From: Moniliella sp. 'wahieum'
Taxonomy: Eukaryota
Assembly: GCA_003971905.1 (NCBI GenBank)
Contig: RSEE01000004.1
Coordinates: 186,001-250,000, forward strand
Length of the DNA stretch: 64,000 nt
Direction: 5' to 3'
Made by a program: the position numbers and the translations under genes. The notes beneath the pieces were generated by a model that ran no database searches, was not told the origin of the DNA, and saw nothing but the letters and a program-made list of their open reading frames with translations. How positions within the stretch are numbered: position 1 is the first letter of the stretch; every line of letters starts with the position of its first letter. This document shows positions 11,080-22,649 of the stretch, piece after piece.

Positions 11080-12604
11080 TTACTCCTCATCGGCGGTAAG
11101 CCAGATAAAGAAGTTGCGGGCAAACCAGTCGGGGGCATCTCGACCAAGAGATGGAATACAGTCGCAATAACGAGGGCCAGGGGCACGCAGGCAAGAACTG
11201 GGCAGCGACGATGGCGCCTGATCCCGTAGCGTGACCAGCGACGGACATGTGCTGCCAAATCAGCGGGCCGAGCGATTGGAAAATGGCGCCCTCGACAAGG
11301 AAGAGAGAGTAGGAGATGCGGCCAAGGAAAAGGAGAACAGGGTTGTTGGCAAGAGTGCGCGAGCGGAACCAAACATCTCAAGCAGGATCATTGCATTAGC
11401 CGCAACAAACCAGTCGTCGATACGCGGGTAGCCGGTCGCGGAGGGGTCAAAGTCGGTCCAGAGCAAGCCCGTCTGCGAGTTGTCATGCGCAACCCACTCG
11501 TTCCGGTGGTCTGGCGCCGCATCGCCGAACACATACTTGAGCATCACGCCCACACACAACCAAAATGCCGGAATAGTCCAAGCAGGAATGACGTTGAATA
11601 GTTTCTTGGTCCCCAGGGACCCGAGGTCGTACACAACCACGGCCTCGGCCAAAAAGAGACCGGTAAGGGAGTAGTAGGCAAAGTTGCCAAGCCACCAGGA
11701 CCAGATCCAAAGGATCGCACCAAAGATAAACTTGGGGTAGCCACGAACGTAGGGAAGCATAATCGCAAAAGCGTACACCGAGTACGACTGAATGAAGTTA
11801 CGCGTTACAGTCCAGAGGACACCACGGGGTGGGAAGAAGTCCATGGGCACAGTGTTGATAGCGTTGGAGTTGTCAAAGACATACGCAGTCAGTGAGTCCA
11901 AGTAGTTCAGCACGCTCTTCCACTTGGCTGCCGGGCGACAAAGGTGTTGTTCAGGGCATAAGAGAAGGGCTCAGCGGCACCAAAGGCATTTTGAGAGGCC
12001 ATGATGGTCACAATTGCTAGGGCAACAGCCAGAGGGAAAAAGACGCGGATGGGCGGCGGAAGGCGGCGCCAGCAATGGAGGTGTTCGTGCGGCGCTCAAT
12101 GAATGTGTGCACGCCGACACGAGCCGCAATAAGGAAGAAAAAGGTGGACTGCAGCGTGCCATCCCACAAGAGCGGCTGGAAGACCTTGCGAACAGTGCTC
12201 TGCCACTGAGGCGAATGCTCAAGAAGGGAGCTGGGCGCACGTTAAACTCATCCGTGTCGGTTGCAATGGCTGCAAAGGAAATCGAGTCAGTCAGTGCTTC
12301 GCCGGCAAAGAAAGGGGATGCAGGGGCATACCGGCGCCAAGAGACGGAAAAAGGCCCAGAGGCAGACCTCGAAAGCGATGAGGCCGCGCAGTGCCTGGAT
12401 GTAGGGCACGCGTTCCGAGTAGGAACGGCCGTAATCGTGGGCAGTGTCGTTGGTAAAGGCAAAGGGAGTCACGCCAGTCAGCTCGGCAGTGGTTTCGAGC
12501 TTCTTGTACCCCATTTCGGAGATGGGGCCGGCCATGGGCTCGACAGGCTGGGCCGGAGTCTGCTGCTGGACCTCGGACTTCTCCCGCAGCTTGGAGAGAG
12601 GCAT
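11080..12604 (-). CDS. Multi-TM acyltransferase-3 (OafA/Acyl_transf_3)-like membrane O-acyltransferase; intron 12270-12331; frameshifted
   Basis: N-terminal RVPYIQALRGL motif, many hydrophobic helices, GVLWT motif, C-terminal FHLLVE...WFARNFFIWL. GTATGC...ACTGAC...GCAG intron. Confidence 0.7.
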
Positions 12605-12884
12605 GATGATGGTGGGGGTGGGGGTGGTGGGGTGGACGAACGAGCTGGGTGGGGTGGGTGGGAGGAGGTTTTGGCTGTGGTGGGCTGGCTGCTGCCAATG
12701 CCCGCTGCTCGTGGCTCCTACGCCGCATGGGGGGCCTACGGGCGCAGGCAGCCACACTGGCCCCAGGCTGTCGTCTCCTGGGGTGTCCGACGCAGCGGCA
12801 GTGGCGCCGTGCGAGACCGCTGCGACGGGTGAGGCCGAGTGTGCTATCTGACGCATGATTTGCGACAGAGGGGCCACAATCGGA

Positions 12885-15800
12885 GATGGGTGATGCATGA
12901 TGCATCCAAGCTTTCAAGCGGCAACTTCGTGGCCGCAGGCCTCTCAGGATCTCAGGCCCTCAGCGCTCAGCCGCTGATCCTAGTGGATCTGAGATCTGAC
13001 ATGTGCAGGCGGCAAGTGCGCGCAGATGCGCGCTGGCTGAGCGCAGCGGGTAGTCGACTGCGTCACGCGCCATTTCCGCCCACCTGTGGTGCTCGTTTGC
13101 AGGCAGTATGGCTGGTGCTTGGACAGTGCTTGGGCGGACGCTGTGTGACCGGCGGGACGCGTGACATGGACATGCGGCTGGTATCGATCGTATCGGTGAC
13201 ATGAGACCAGTGACCGGTGACCTGCGCCTCAGATAGTCCCTGCAGGTCCCTGCTCGCGTGGGGGCTTGGGTCATATGCATCACATGACACTGCTCTCGTG
13301 GCTCAGCACCCCCACACCACAGCCCCATGCAACCACACCATGTATCATTCATCGCCCGCATCCTAGCGACGCGTGAAGCGCGACGCCAGCACTCGGCCAA
13401 ATGATGCACAGACATGATGCGTGATGTGTGATGCATGATGTGCCGCCCTGACGCATGATGTTTGTTGCATAATGTGTGATGTCATATAGGTGACTAGGTG
13501 ACTGCGCCAAGCCAGCCGCACAATTTGAGATTCTGATATCCGAGGTTCTCAGAATTCACCATTCTGATGCTCGGCGTCAGGCTGAGGCCCTCAGCCTGAG
13601 GCCGGAGGCTAGATACTGGCCAAGCCCCAGGCTTGACAAAGTAATACTCGCCGCTGAATTTCAGTTCACTCAGATCTCAGAACCACACAGCTGTGCAGAG
13701 TGATGTGTGACGCGTGACGAACGTACGAGTGACAGAACCGATTGAGAACGTTTGAGGCGTTGTCGTGTTGTCTGCTGTCCAAACCCTTTGGTACTTTTGA
13801 TCCCCACCGGGGGCTTGTCGTTTCGCTTCTGAAAACGGAAACGGCATTGTGTCATCCTCTGCCTGCCCCCCGCCCCCCCCAGATCCCCGTGGCTTCCGCT
13901 GTACTTGCCATGTTCTCCATGTGCATTGGCATGATTGATAGTCCTCGCCCACAACAGATGCACAGGGAGAGACCCCACGATCGCACGTCGAACGTAGTGA
14001 AATCCGCGTTACACCCTGGACTGATAGTGCAGAGTACTGATATAACGCGTAACGATAGCAGATGCATACGTTGGACACTGTTGAAAAAACCCCAAGTGGC
14101 AAGACTGGACAAGAGCCTGTCACATGTCCGCTGTCCGCGTTCAGCGCCACCAGCCACACCAGCAACACATATGAGCGAAACAGTATAAGCTACTCAGATA
14201 TCGATAACCGTCAAGCTTCAAGCTTCAAGCTTCAAGCTTCAAATTCGTCAAACCGAGGACACGTACGATCGAAAACGTAGACGGTAGCTTTTACCGGTTA
14301 CCCACCTGATAAAACCTGCCGGCTTTAACGAAAACAGGCACGTTGGCTTGGTGCCCCAGCATACCCCCGCTTGGCAACTGTGGTGTCTGTATATAGTCAC
14401 CGTAGTGTGATCGGTAAGCGCTAAAACGCGTCGGTCAGCGGTGTATATGGTAGTTTTTCGCACTGTATAATGTCCACGGCGCCAGTGAACCCCACGCCGC
14501 AGCCACTCCCACTCTGTACGCCCATCGTGCATCGTCTGTAGAGCCCACATTGTGCGCTACCCATTGCAAACCTTATCGTCCTCCGCCGGCGCCTCTGCCC
14601 CCTATTTAATACTATGGACGGGTGCGAGAGAGCCTTCTTCCATGTGGCTCAGCGCTCGGTTGCTCATACGCTCTCTCAGATACTCACAGAATCCATATGG
14701 TCTTTTTTGGCCCCACCTTCTCTCCTGCGTGCTTACAATTGCTGAACGCACGCCGCCGCTGTGGGGACCGCGAGCGAGCAAGCTCTGCTCTGCAACGAAA
14801 AGCCGCACACCAAGTTGCGAGCGGCCAACAGTTCGTTGTCGCGGTAGTGCGCGTAGCGTTCAACCATTCTGTACCAGTATTATACTAAGGCAGTGTATAC
14901 TTGGCAGGCGGGGGGTTGATGCGGTTGATGCATGTGACGCGTTGACGCAGTTGTTGCGCTAGGGCTAAATGCTGGGCTGATGCACTGATGGCGCTGATGC
15001 ATGATGCCCAACGCATATGTTCTGTTTGATCGATGATCGATGACCGGGATGCGGTACCGTATCGACGTATCGACGACCGGCTGATCATGCATCATGCATT
15101 GTGCATCCTGAGCTATTCAACGTTCAACCATCCACCGTTTGATAATCTCGTATCCGAACTATGCACTGCTCCCAGAGCCGGATCACCGGATCACCACCGC
15201 CTCCATCGAAATCGGCGGCGATGGGACGCGGGATGAATGTGATGAACAAGTGCGGACGATCGATGACGATAGGTGGACTGTCCCAGTCCTCTGTCGGAGA
15301 GCACCACCAGCCGAGTGCAAGCCATTTGACAGAAAAACTTGCGAATGAGCCGGTGACCGTGACTAGGTGACTAGTGCCCGATGATCTGGTGATGCAGGTG
15401 ATATACCCCGCGTGGCATAGCATCTTGGAGGGCTGGGGGCTGCCTGCGGCGCTCAGTCTGAAGTTCAAGCTTAAAGCTTGAAGTTTTAACGTTTAACTGA
15501 ACGCATCTCGGGTCTCCGGCCACTGGCGTCACCGCGTCACCGGGCGCTGCGGCCAGGGGCATACGTACGTTGGAGCGGTGGCGCCGTGCGGATTAGAGGC
15601 GGGTGGGTTGTGGCGCTGGCAAGGCCCGAGCAGACTGGCTGAGGCCGAGCCGCCCGGTGCGACCCCCGCTGACCCCCCGGGACAGAGAGCGCGAATGTCG
15701 CAAGCGTAACCGCTGACCGCTGATCGATGAGGCAGTGAGAACAGTGCCGGATGTCACCAGTCACGCGTCACGCGTCACGAGTCACTAGCTTCAGCGCACG
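12885..15800. repeat. Extended cluster of palindromic heptamer arrays in the divergent acyltransferase/GT2 intergenic region
   Basis: AGATCT-G-ACATGT ~12992; (AAGCTTC)x4 14213-14240; ATCGAT-G-ATCGAT-G 15029-15042; AAGCTT-A-AAGCTT-G-AAGTTT-T-AACGTT-T 15467-15494; (ACGCGTC)n ~15763-15776. Confidence 0.9.
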
Positions 15801-16079
15801 CCTAATTGTGTGTGATACCATTGTGGTTTCAAGCACAGCACGGCACCAGTATCACAGCCCCCTGCACTGGCGCGGAGCAGCTCACTCGGCCAGCACCCTG
15901 GCCAGACAAAAGCAGTTGGTTCCTACACAGCTCCAGTGCCCCACCGGCACTGCCTCTCTCCCCCCCTCGCCCGCACCTAGGCCACCGCCCACCTCGCCTC
16001 AAAACTAGGCGCTGCCAGCCTAACCACCGCCCCTTTTTCCCACCACCGTCTCTCTCGACCTACTGGGACTGCTGCCACG

Positions 16080-17579
16080 ATGGGACTTGGCCGCAGCTTG
16101 ACCGCGCGTCCAACTGGATCATCGGGTGTATGTCCTTCCTCTCATCTACCCTTTGGAGCTCCGCGCGTACTGAGCCTCCGTTGCCGCTCGTAGGGACACC
16201 CATTTCGTTGATGGTCACCATGCCGTCTCAGTGTTCTTCTACATCCTGATCCCACCTGTCCTCAACTCGGCGCTATGGTATACGTACATGGGCATCCAGA
16301 CCTTTGTAGTGTCCACTGTTGAGAGAGGCCATCTCTTCCATCCGCCCTAACGTCGAGTCCCGTCGTGCTCGTCGCAAGGTTGCCAAGGTCGGCTTTCCCG
16401 ATCTCGACGGGGAGGAAAACGAGCACAAGTGCCCGAAGATCGACCTGGTACTTGTCGCCTACCTGCCCAATGAGCGTACATCATCAAGCGCCAGATCCGC
16501 TACGCTATGACACAGATTGAGTACCCTGCCTCGCGTCTGACGATCAATGTGGTGTACAACACCCCCAAACCCATTGAACTCTGGAGACGGAGCTGCAAGA
16601 GATGACAGGCCAGTACGGACACCTCAAGGTCATTTCTGTTCCAAACTCTACCTCCAAGGCCGACAACATCAACTACTTCCTCTCGCTTCCCTCTGACTCG
16701 GAGATTATTGCGATCTTTGACACGGACCACTATCCTTCTCGCTACGCTCTCAAAGGGTCGCCCGCGCGTTCAACAAGGGTGATGTGGACATTATCAAGGC
16801 CGCTGCTGCATCTACAACTACTCCGAGACTTGGATCACCCGCTGATTGCAGCCGAGTTTGATATGATTTACGGTTTCCATCCGGGTCGTGCTCGCTCATC
16901 GTTTTGGTCTTTTTGGTGGATCAAACGGCTATTGGAATGCATCGCTGCTTCGCTCGCTCGGAATGCAAAAGCACAGCTCACTGAAGACATTGACTCACGC
17001 TGCGTGCGATTGTGTGGGTGCACGGATCAAGTACATGCTCAGTGCAGTCTTATGAGACCGCTCCCGAAACAGCAATGGCGTTGCTCAAGCAACGCATGCG
17101 CTGGACTCAGGGTTGGTTCCAAGTTACCCTCCGCCACGCGCCCCTTCTCTTCAGTACGGTGCTTACGGAACGATCAACCCGTCGGCGATGAGCACCAAGC
17201 TCATCTCTCGTGCTGGTCTTCTTCCTCTTGGTTTTCCGTGAGGCCTTCTTTTACTTCATCTCCCAGCTTTCTCTACTGCTTGCCAGTTTCGCCGTGCACC
17301 CGCCTCACCGCTGGCATGAGCTGTACCAATCATTTGAGGGCTTCAAGATCACCGTCTGGCTCTTTGTCCTGAACGCCATCTGCATCATGACAGCCACCGG
17401 CATCACTGCCCGCAACCGGAGCGAGTTCACCTCTGTCTGGGCCATCTTTGCCTTTGGCATCCTCTCCCACCTACTACACCATCGTCACCTTCATGTCGAT
17501 TACCTGCCACTTCCGTGAACTGGTGCAGTATTCTAACTGGAACCCGACCTCTCGTTCGGCTCCGAAGAAGACGACCTGA
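16080..17579 (+). CDS. Processive family-2 glycosyltransferase (membrane polysaccharide synthase-like); frameshifted
   Basis: PKIDLVLVAYLPNE, SKADNIN, DTDH (DxD), LTED and KQRMRWTQGW (QxxRW, ~17090-17104), plus N- and C-terminal TM helices. Confidence 0.9.
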
Positions 17580-19313
17580 AGCTCTCGTTTGCACTCCCCC
17601 CCCCCCCCTCCCCTCCACTCTCCGGTTTCTTGTCGCCGGTCCTCACTATACGAGGAGCATGCTACGGTCCTACCCAGGTATATTGCCCCTGCTTCTTTCT
17701 CGTGCACGCCTTCGTTCTCGCACCAATGCACCCGCACCTGCTTTGTATTCTTGACGCTACTTTCTTTCTTGTCTATTGTAGCGTCTGCCGGGTCGGATTT
17801 TTGTATTTCTCTCGTTTTCCCCACTGTTGAGATCTTGTCCTGGCCATGACAGGTCGGCCTGAGGTGATGGACAAGATCGTGCCAGCGATCGGTCAGTCAC
17901 AAATATCCCCCACTTCGCCCCGAGGCGCTCGGCGGCTCGGCGATCACAGCTCTTTCTTACAACCTTCCCAAAATGCGAGTCAATTTATAGCCGCTTGCAG
18001 AACGAGCACAGGTGCTCTCCGCTTTGCGACAATAATGCTTCGTGTGCGAATGTATGTGGAAATGGGATACCACAGGAAGACAGACACGCAGAGCTTTCTT
18101 TGCTTGAGAGTGTTTTGGGACGATCCGGGGTCGGGAGTTGCCAATGGGGTGATTTACAGACTTGAGCTTGAGGCCGGTCACTATACTACTATAGTGACTA
18201 GTTTTGCTGGAGCTTTTGCTCGCGAGCGACAATGGCCAGCTTATGTCGCACTCGGATCGTCCTATGCCTCACCGCTCAGGGGCACTCACCCCACGTGGTA
18301 AAAGAAAAACTGGGGTCGCGACCAAAAGTACAAGAAGGCTCGGCCCATTCAGACACGCTCTTGCATGCCCCCACACAGAAAAAAAGGCGAGCCTGTAGTG
18401 ACTATAGCCATAGCGACTATGTAGTGACTAATAGCTATAGTGACTGTCAACATGGGGAAAATCGAGTATGAAACTAAAGTGGAGAGACGTGTGCTTAATA
18501 AGCGTCTACAGTGCCGGGATCGAGGAGAGCAAGGCACCTATATATGCGTGGTTCCTACTATCATATAAGGTTGTTGTGAGATGACACTCTGCGATGGATG
18601 ACCGTAGCCTTGAAAGCATCCTCAATTCTCACTAATATCATATTGTATTGTAGTACACTATATTACGGGACAGAGTTAGCATCTGTGCTTCATCGATGAG
18701 AGGGCTGCGAAATCCTTTGTATTCGAAAATCACCCGATTGCCGCATTCACGAAGGGGCGGAGCGAAGGGAGAACTCGAGCTGTCGCTGTGGTTCCTCCTA
18801 TCCCCTAATTACAGTAGGTTGAGGTGATGCATGATGCCGGGTGATGAGACCTGGAGCCCCGATGGTCCTCGATGATAATGCAATCGCAATCGCACTGGTG
18901 GTGGCGGTGGGCTAAACTCGAGGACAAGCCTACAGCGATCATCGAGCAGCGACTCTCCACAAGGGGCTAAGCTGCGGAACAGGAAAACAGGAGAGAGCAA
19001 CAACAGAATTCCTAGGCCTGAGGAGGAATTGAAGCGACGTTGGCCAAAGCACGAGCCATCACCCGATGGCTCAACATGAGGGAAGCTGATTCACGTATAT
19101 ATATCGCAATTAAACAGACGTGCGACTCTCTTATACAATCCACAACTGAGTATGCGTTGAAACCTGGAATGCATATAGCTGTTGTGTGCGCCACACTCGC
19201 GGTATATATATCAGGACGGTCGCAGTGTCCTCGATGCTTTGGAGAATCCCCCCACCCTGCAATCCCACCACACCCACACCTCGGACCCTCCCGTTATACC
19301 ACCATCAGCTTCG

Positions 19314-21511
19314 ATGCTCGGCCGCTTTCCTTTTGAGATCCTTCTGCAATCGCCACCAGCGGCCCCTTGCACCTCGTGAACTCATCCACCTGTCGTGGAC
19401 TTGCCAAGGTACTCACACCTCCCTCCTGCATGTGCAACCGAAGCATCGCCCTATGCTAGGAAACGCATCTGTAGTATCCACAGGCCTCCATGTCGCATCC
19501 GCTAACTTCTCTGTCCTCATCCCAGGCCTCCATGCTATTGTGCAAGACGAAACGCTGTGGCACCATGCCGCTTTACACTTCTTCTCCATCCTCCCATCCA
19601 TGGCCACCACTCTCCCGAGGCCGCCCAGTTGTGCCGGTTTTGAGGTCCCCCACGCACGTGGCAAGGGACTGCTCGTTGCTTGTGAGATGCTGGAGGAAGA
19701 GTTTGGGTGGACCATGACGGGAACCTCTCTGCGTCCCAAGCGTTCCACCTCTCACCGAACTGGTCTTCGTTCATTCATGCGACGACCCCCGTTGGGCAAA
19801 AGAACACGGTCAACCCCAGACTCACCTCTTACCACCGGTTTTCCCCTCGTGTCCAGTGCAATGCGACTCGTTGCCTGTTGGGTGGTCCAGCTCGCCGATA
19901 CCCACCGTTTGCCTCGGCAACGGTTATGAACCTCCAGCGCCGGAACATTAAAGAGTTTAACGATCCCCGAATTCAGCCACGGGAGGGCATGGTTGTCATG
20001 ACGGAATTGTTTTCAATATACTCACCATCCCACGTCCTCTGGTCTTGCCGGGTGCCGGAAGGAGAAATATTTTACGGCGGGATGGTGCTGGAAGAAGGCT
20101 GGCTTTTGCTCCGGTGGAGGATCGTCGAAATGTCCACGGCCACGGCGTTATCGCGCAGCGGTGGGGTCCAGGAACGTGCGGTAGCGTATCGGGCAAAAGC
20201 ATGCCCCCCTGGAGAGTTTCGATCCCATGAATGCCAAAATTGGGACAAAGTTTATGACGTGCTGTACTTCGGGAAAATTGATGCAGCTGTCGTTCAATAC
20301 CCTTACTTGTGTACCTTGTGAGTGAATCCTCATCCTAAAATGGGAATCGTGCGCACAATTTTGTACCTGACCTGTGGGTAATCGCTGTGAATCTCATCAG
20401 AAGCTACTCACCGAATGACGACGACCAGGCTGAACTCACCACTTACAATCTCCTTACCCAAGAGAAGAGGGATGAAGTGGCACTTGTGAGGCGCGCCGAT
20501 ATTATACTCGATCATTGGAGATTTTATCCTGGCCCCAAAGAACACCTTAGGGTCGATCGGAAGTGGGCCTATGTTTGGACCAAACGTACGTGGATCGTTA
20601 TCGAACGTGCGACTGGCACATGCATTTTCAATTTTACCCAGCTCATGTCGGCCCAAGCCGGAGTGAAGATGTCCCGGTCTTATTTTAGGCTCCAACGCCC
20701 AGCCACCCCTCAAGGTAACTCCTCGTTCCTGAAGACAGCGCCTACATTTCCAGATTTGGACGCAACACGTGAACCTCTGTGGGGGTTTACTGGCTGGCCC
20801 TCATCGGATACCTGGGTCTTTATATTCCACAATAGCACGACGAACTTGGTGCATCTAGTGCTGGTCAAACATTACCGCGCCATATTAGCCCCGCACTCCC
20901 TGAGCCCTGATCCGTGGATGGTGGTCATTGATATCGGCCCACCAGAGGTCTCCAACAGGTGCCTGACCGATTGGGAACGGCGGGATACCATCTACAACAA
21001 ATGCGATCTTGTTCTCGACGATGGCCGAGCTCTTTTGCCTGTCTTGGTTCCCAACTGGCACGTGAAAGTGGCGCAGACACAAAGAGACCGCGGCGTGATT
21101 GGCCAGCACAAACCGATCGGAAGGTCCTCCATTTGGCCTAGGCTTCAGTCTGCAGATCAAGATGTTGTTGGATCGATGCGAATGGTTTTGGTGGATTGGA
21201 AGCATGCGTCGCGGCCAGACGAGATTCGCGTGACTGACCTCCCCCTTCCTGCCATAATGGTGGACGCGTCGAAGTCTGACCCAACAGTGTTGGGCACAAA
21301 CTTTTCCCTTCCGGGCCCATGTGCAGAGGGAACCCTGTGGTTGAGCACCGTGCACTGCACATCTCAATTTGCGCTGTCCTCCAGCCTGCTCACACCGGCC
21401 AGTGCCACCGTCGCATTCACTTCTTTTAGCGGCTCCTTATCGGAGCGCGTAACACATCTATCATCGCAAGTACGTGTACTCTCGTTCCAATTGGCAACGC
21501 AATGTGATTAA
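19314..21511 (+). CDS. F-box protein with an uncharacterised C-terminal region; introns and frameshifts
   Basis: N-terminus reconstructs as MLGRFPFEILLQ-ATSGPLAPRELIHLSWTC...LHAIVQDETLW (F-box pattern), followed by downstream ORFs 19707-20321 and 20387-21511. Confidence 0.58.
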
Positions 21512-22649
21512 CCCCCGGATTCCTGCTGTGGGATGAAGCCAGAGACACAATCCATGCTGAACACCATCCTCCGAAAACTCGCACCTCTGGACAGCGACGG
21601 ACGCGATGGACTGGGCAAGGAAGCCAGCCAGCCTTATGTGGTGCACTGGGACTGGGGCACGCGGGCACGCGAGTGGCTGAGGACCCATTGAGTGTGCTTC
21701 AGTATACCGCTATCGTGGCACTCTCTGTCCATTGTGGTGGAAAAAATGCTCTGAAATATGATGGTGCAGTGCGGCCGTAACACTGATTAATACCAAAGCA
21801 TGGGAGAGAGTCGATCACCACACCACTTCTGGCCCGCCACAGTTTCCTCAGCTTCTTCTGTTCGGGTGCTCAGACACTCTCAGGCGTCCAATTAGAGCTA
21901 CTGCTCTGTCATCTCCACACTCAAAGTACTAAATATCGTCGTTTTGTCCCATACGTTTTGATATATAGCTCGTTCGTTCGTTAGACATGTGTTGGTCAAG
22001 ATAGTTGTGCTGGCGGCAGAGCAACAGCAGCAAATCCTTAATACCTGTCTCAATCTCCTCCCAAGTGAATAAGTAACCACAATCGAAGGAAATGGGGAGA
22101 GGAAGAGTGTTACACCGAAGAGGGTTCTGATACGTATATGTTTCCCCTTTTTTATAGGAGCAAAAAACTCTCTCCGAGAATTCTTTTTGTAGTGGAGAGC
22201 CACACAATCTGTTCCTCACGCGTAAAGTATCTCTCCCTCGTCTCTCTTCCTTCAAACACGCCTATCGAGAAGTTGTCTTCACGAGCTTGCTGGCATGTGC
22301 GAAGCGTCGTTGTTCCCTTTTTACGCGGTTGCCATATAATTGGAGCCATTAGGACCCAGGCTCTGGTGCCATGGCGGCGACCCCATCTCCCGAGTATGGG
22401 AATAGATAAAAACGGAGAGAGCATAAGCAAAAATACTACTCCCGCACCTGGTCAATCGTCCAGGCCAGCAGCCTGCTGACTGCTGTAATGTTCTTACGCC
22501 CTCGAGGACTTTGTCCCTGGACTCAGGCAAGATTCTATATGCCATCATTGTGGATAACGCCCCAGTGTATATATATCAGTCCCATGGCATGGTATTTCAT
22601 TTGACGCTCGCTTGCTCAAGACGGTCAGAGGGGAAACGAAGAGGCGCCA

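Noticed and set aside
2360..15800. CRISPR-like array
   Set aside because: No constant 25-40 bp repeat with unique spacers and no cas genes; the context is eukaryotic.
17846..18301. 151-aa ORF downstream of GT2
   Set aside because: No recognisable motif or supporting gene structure; probably a chance ORF or debris.
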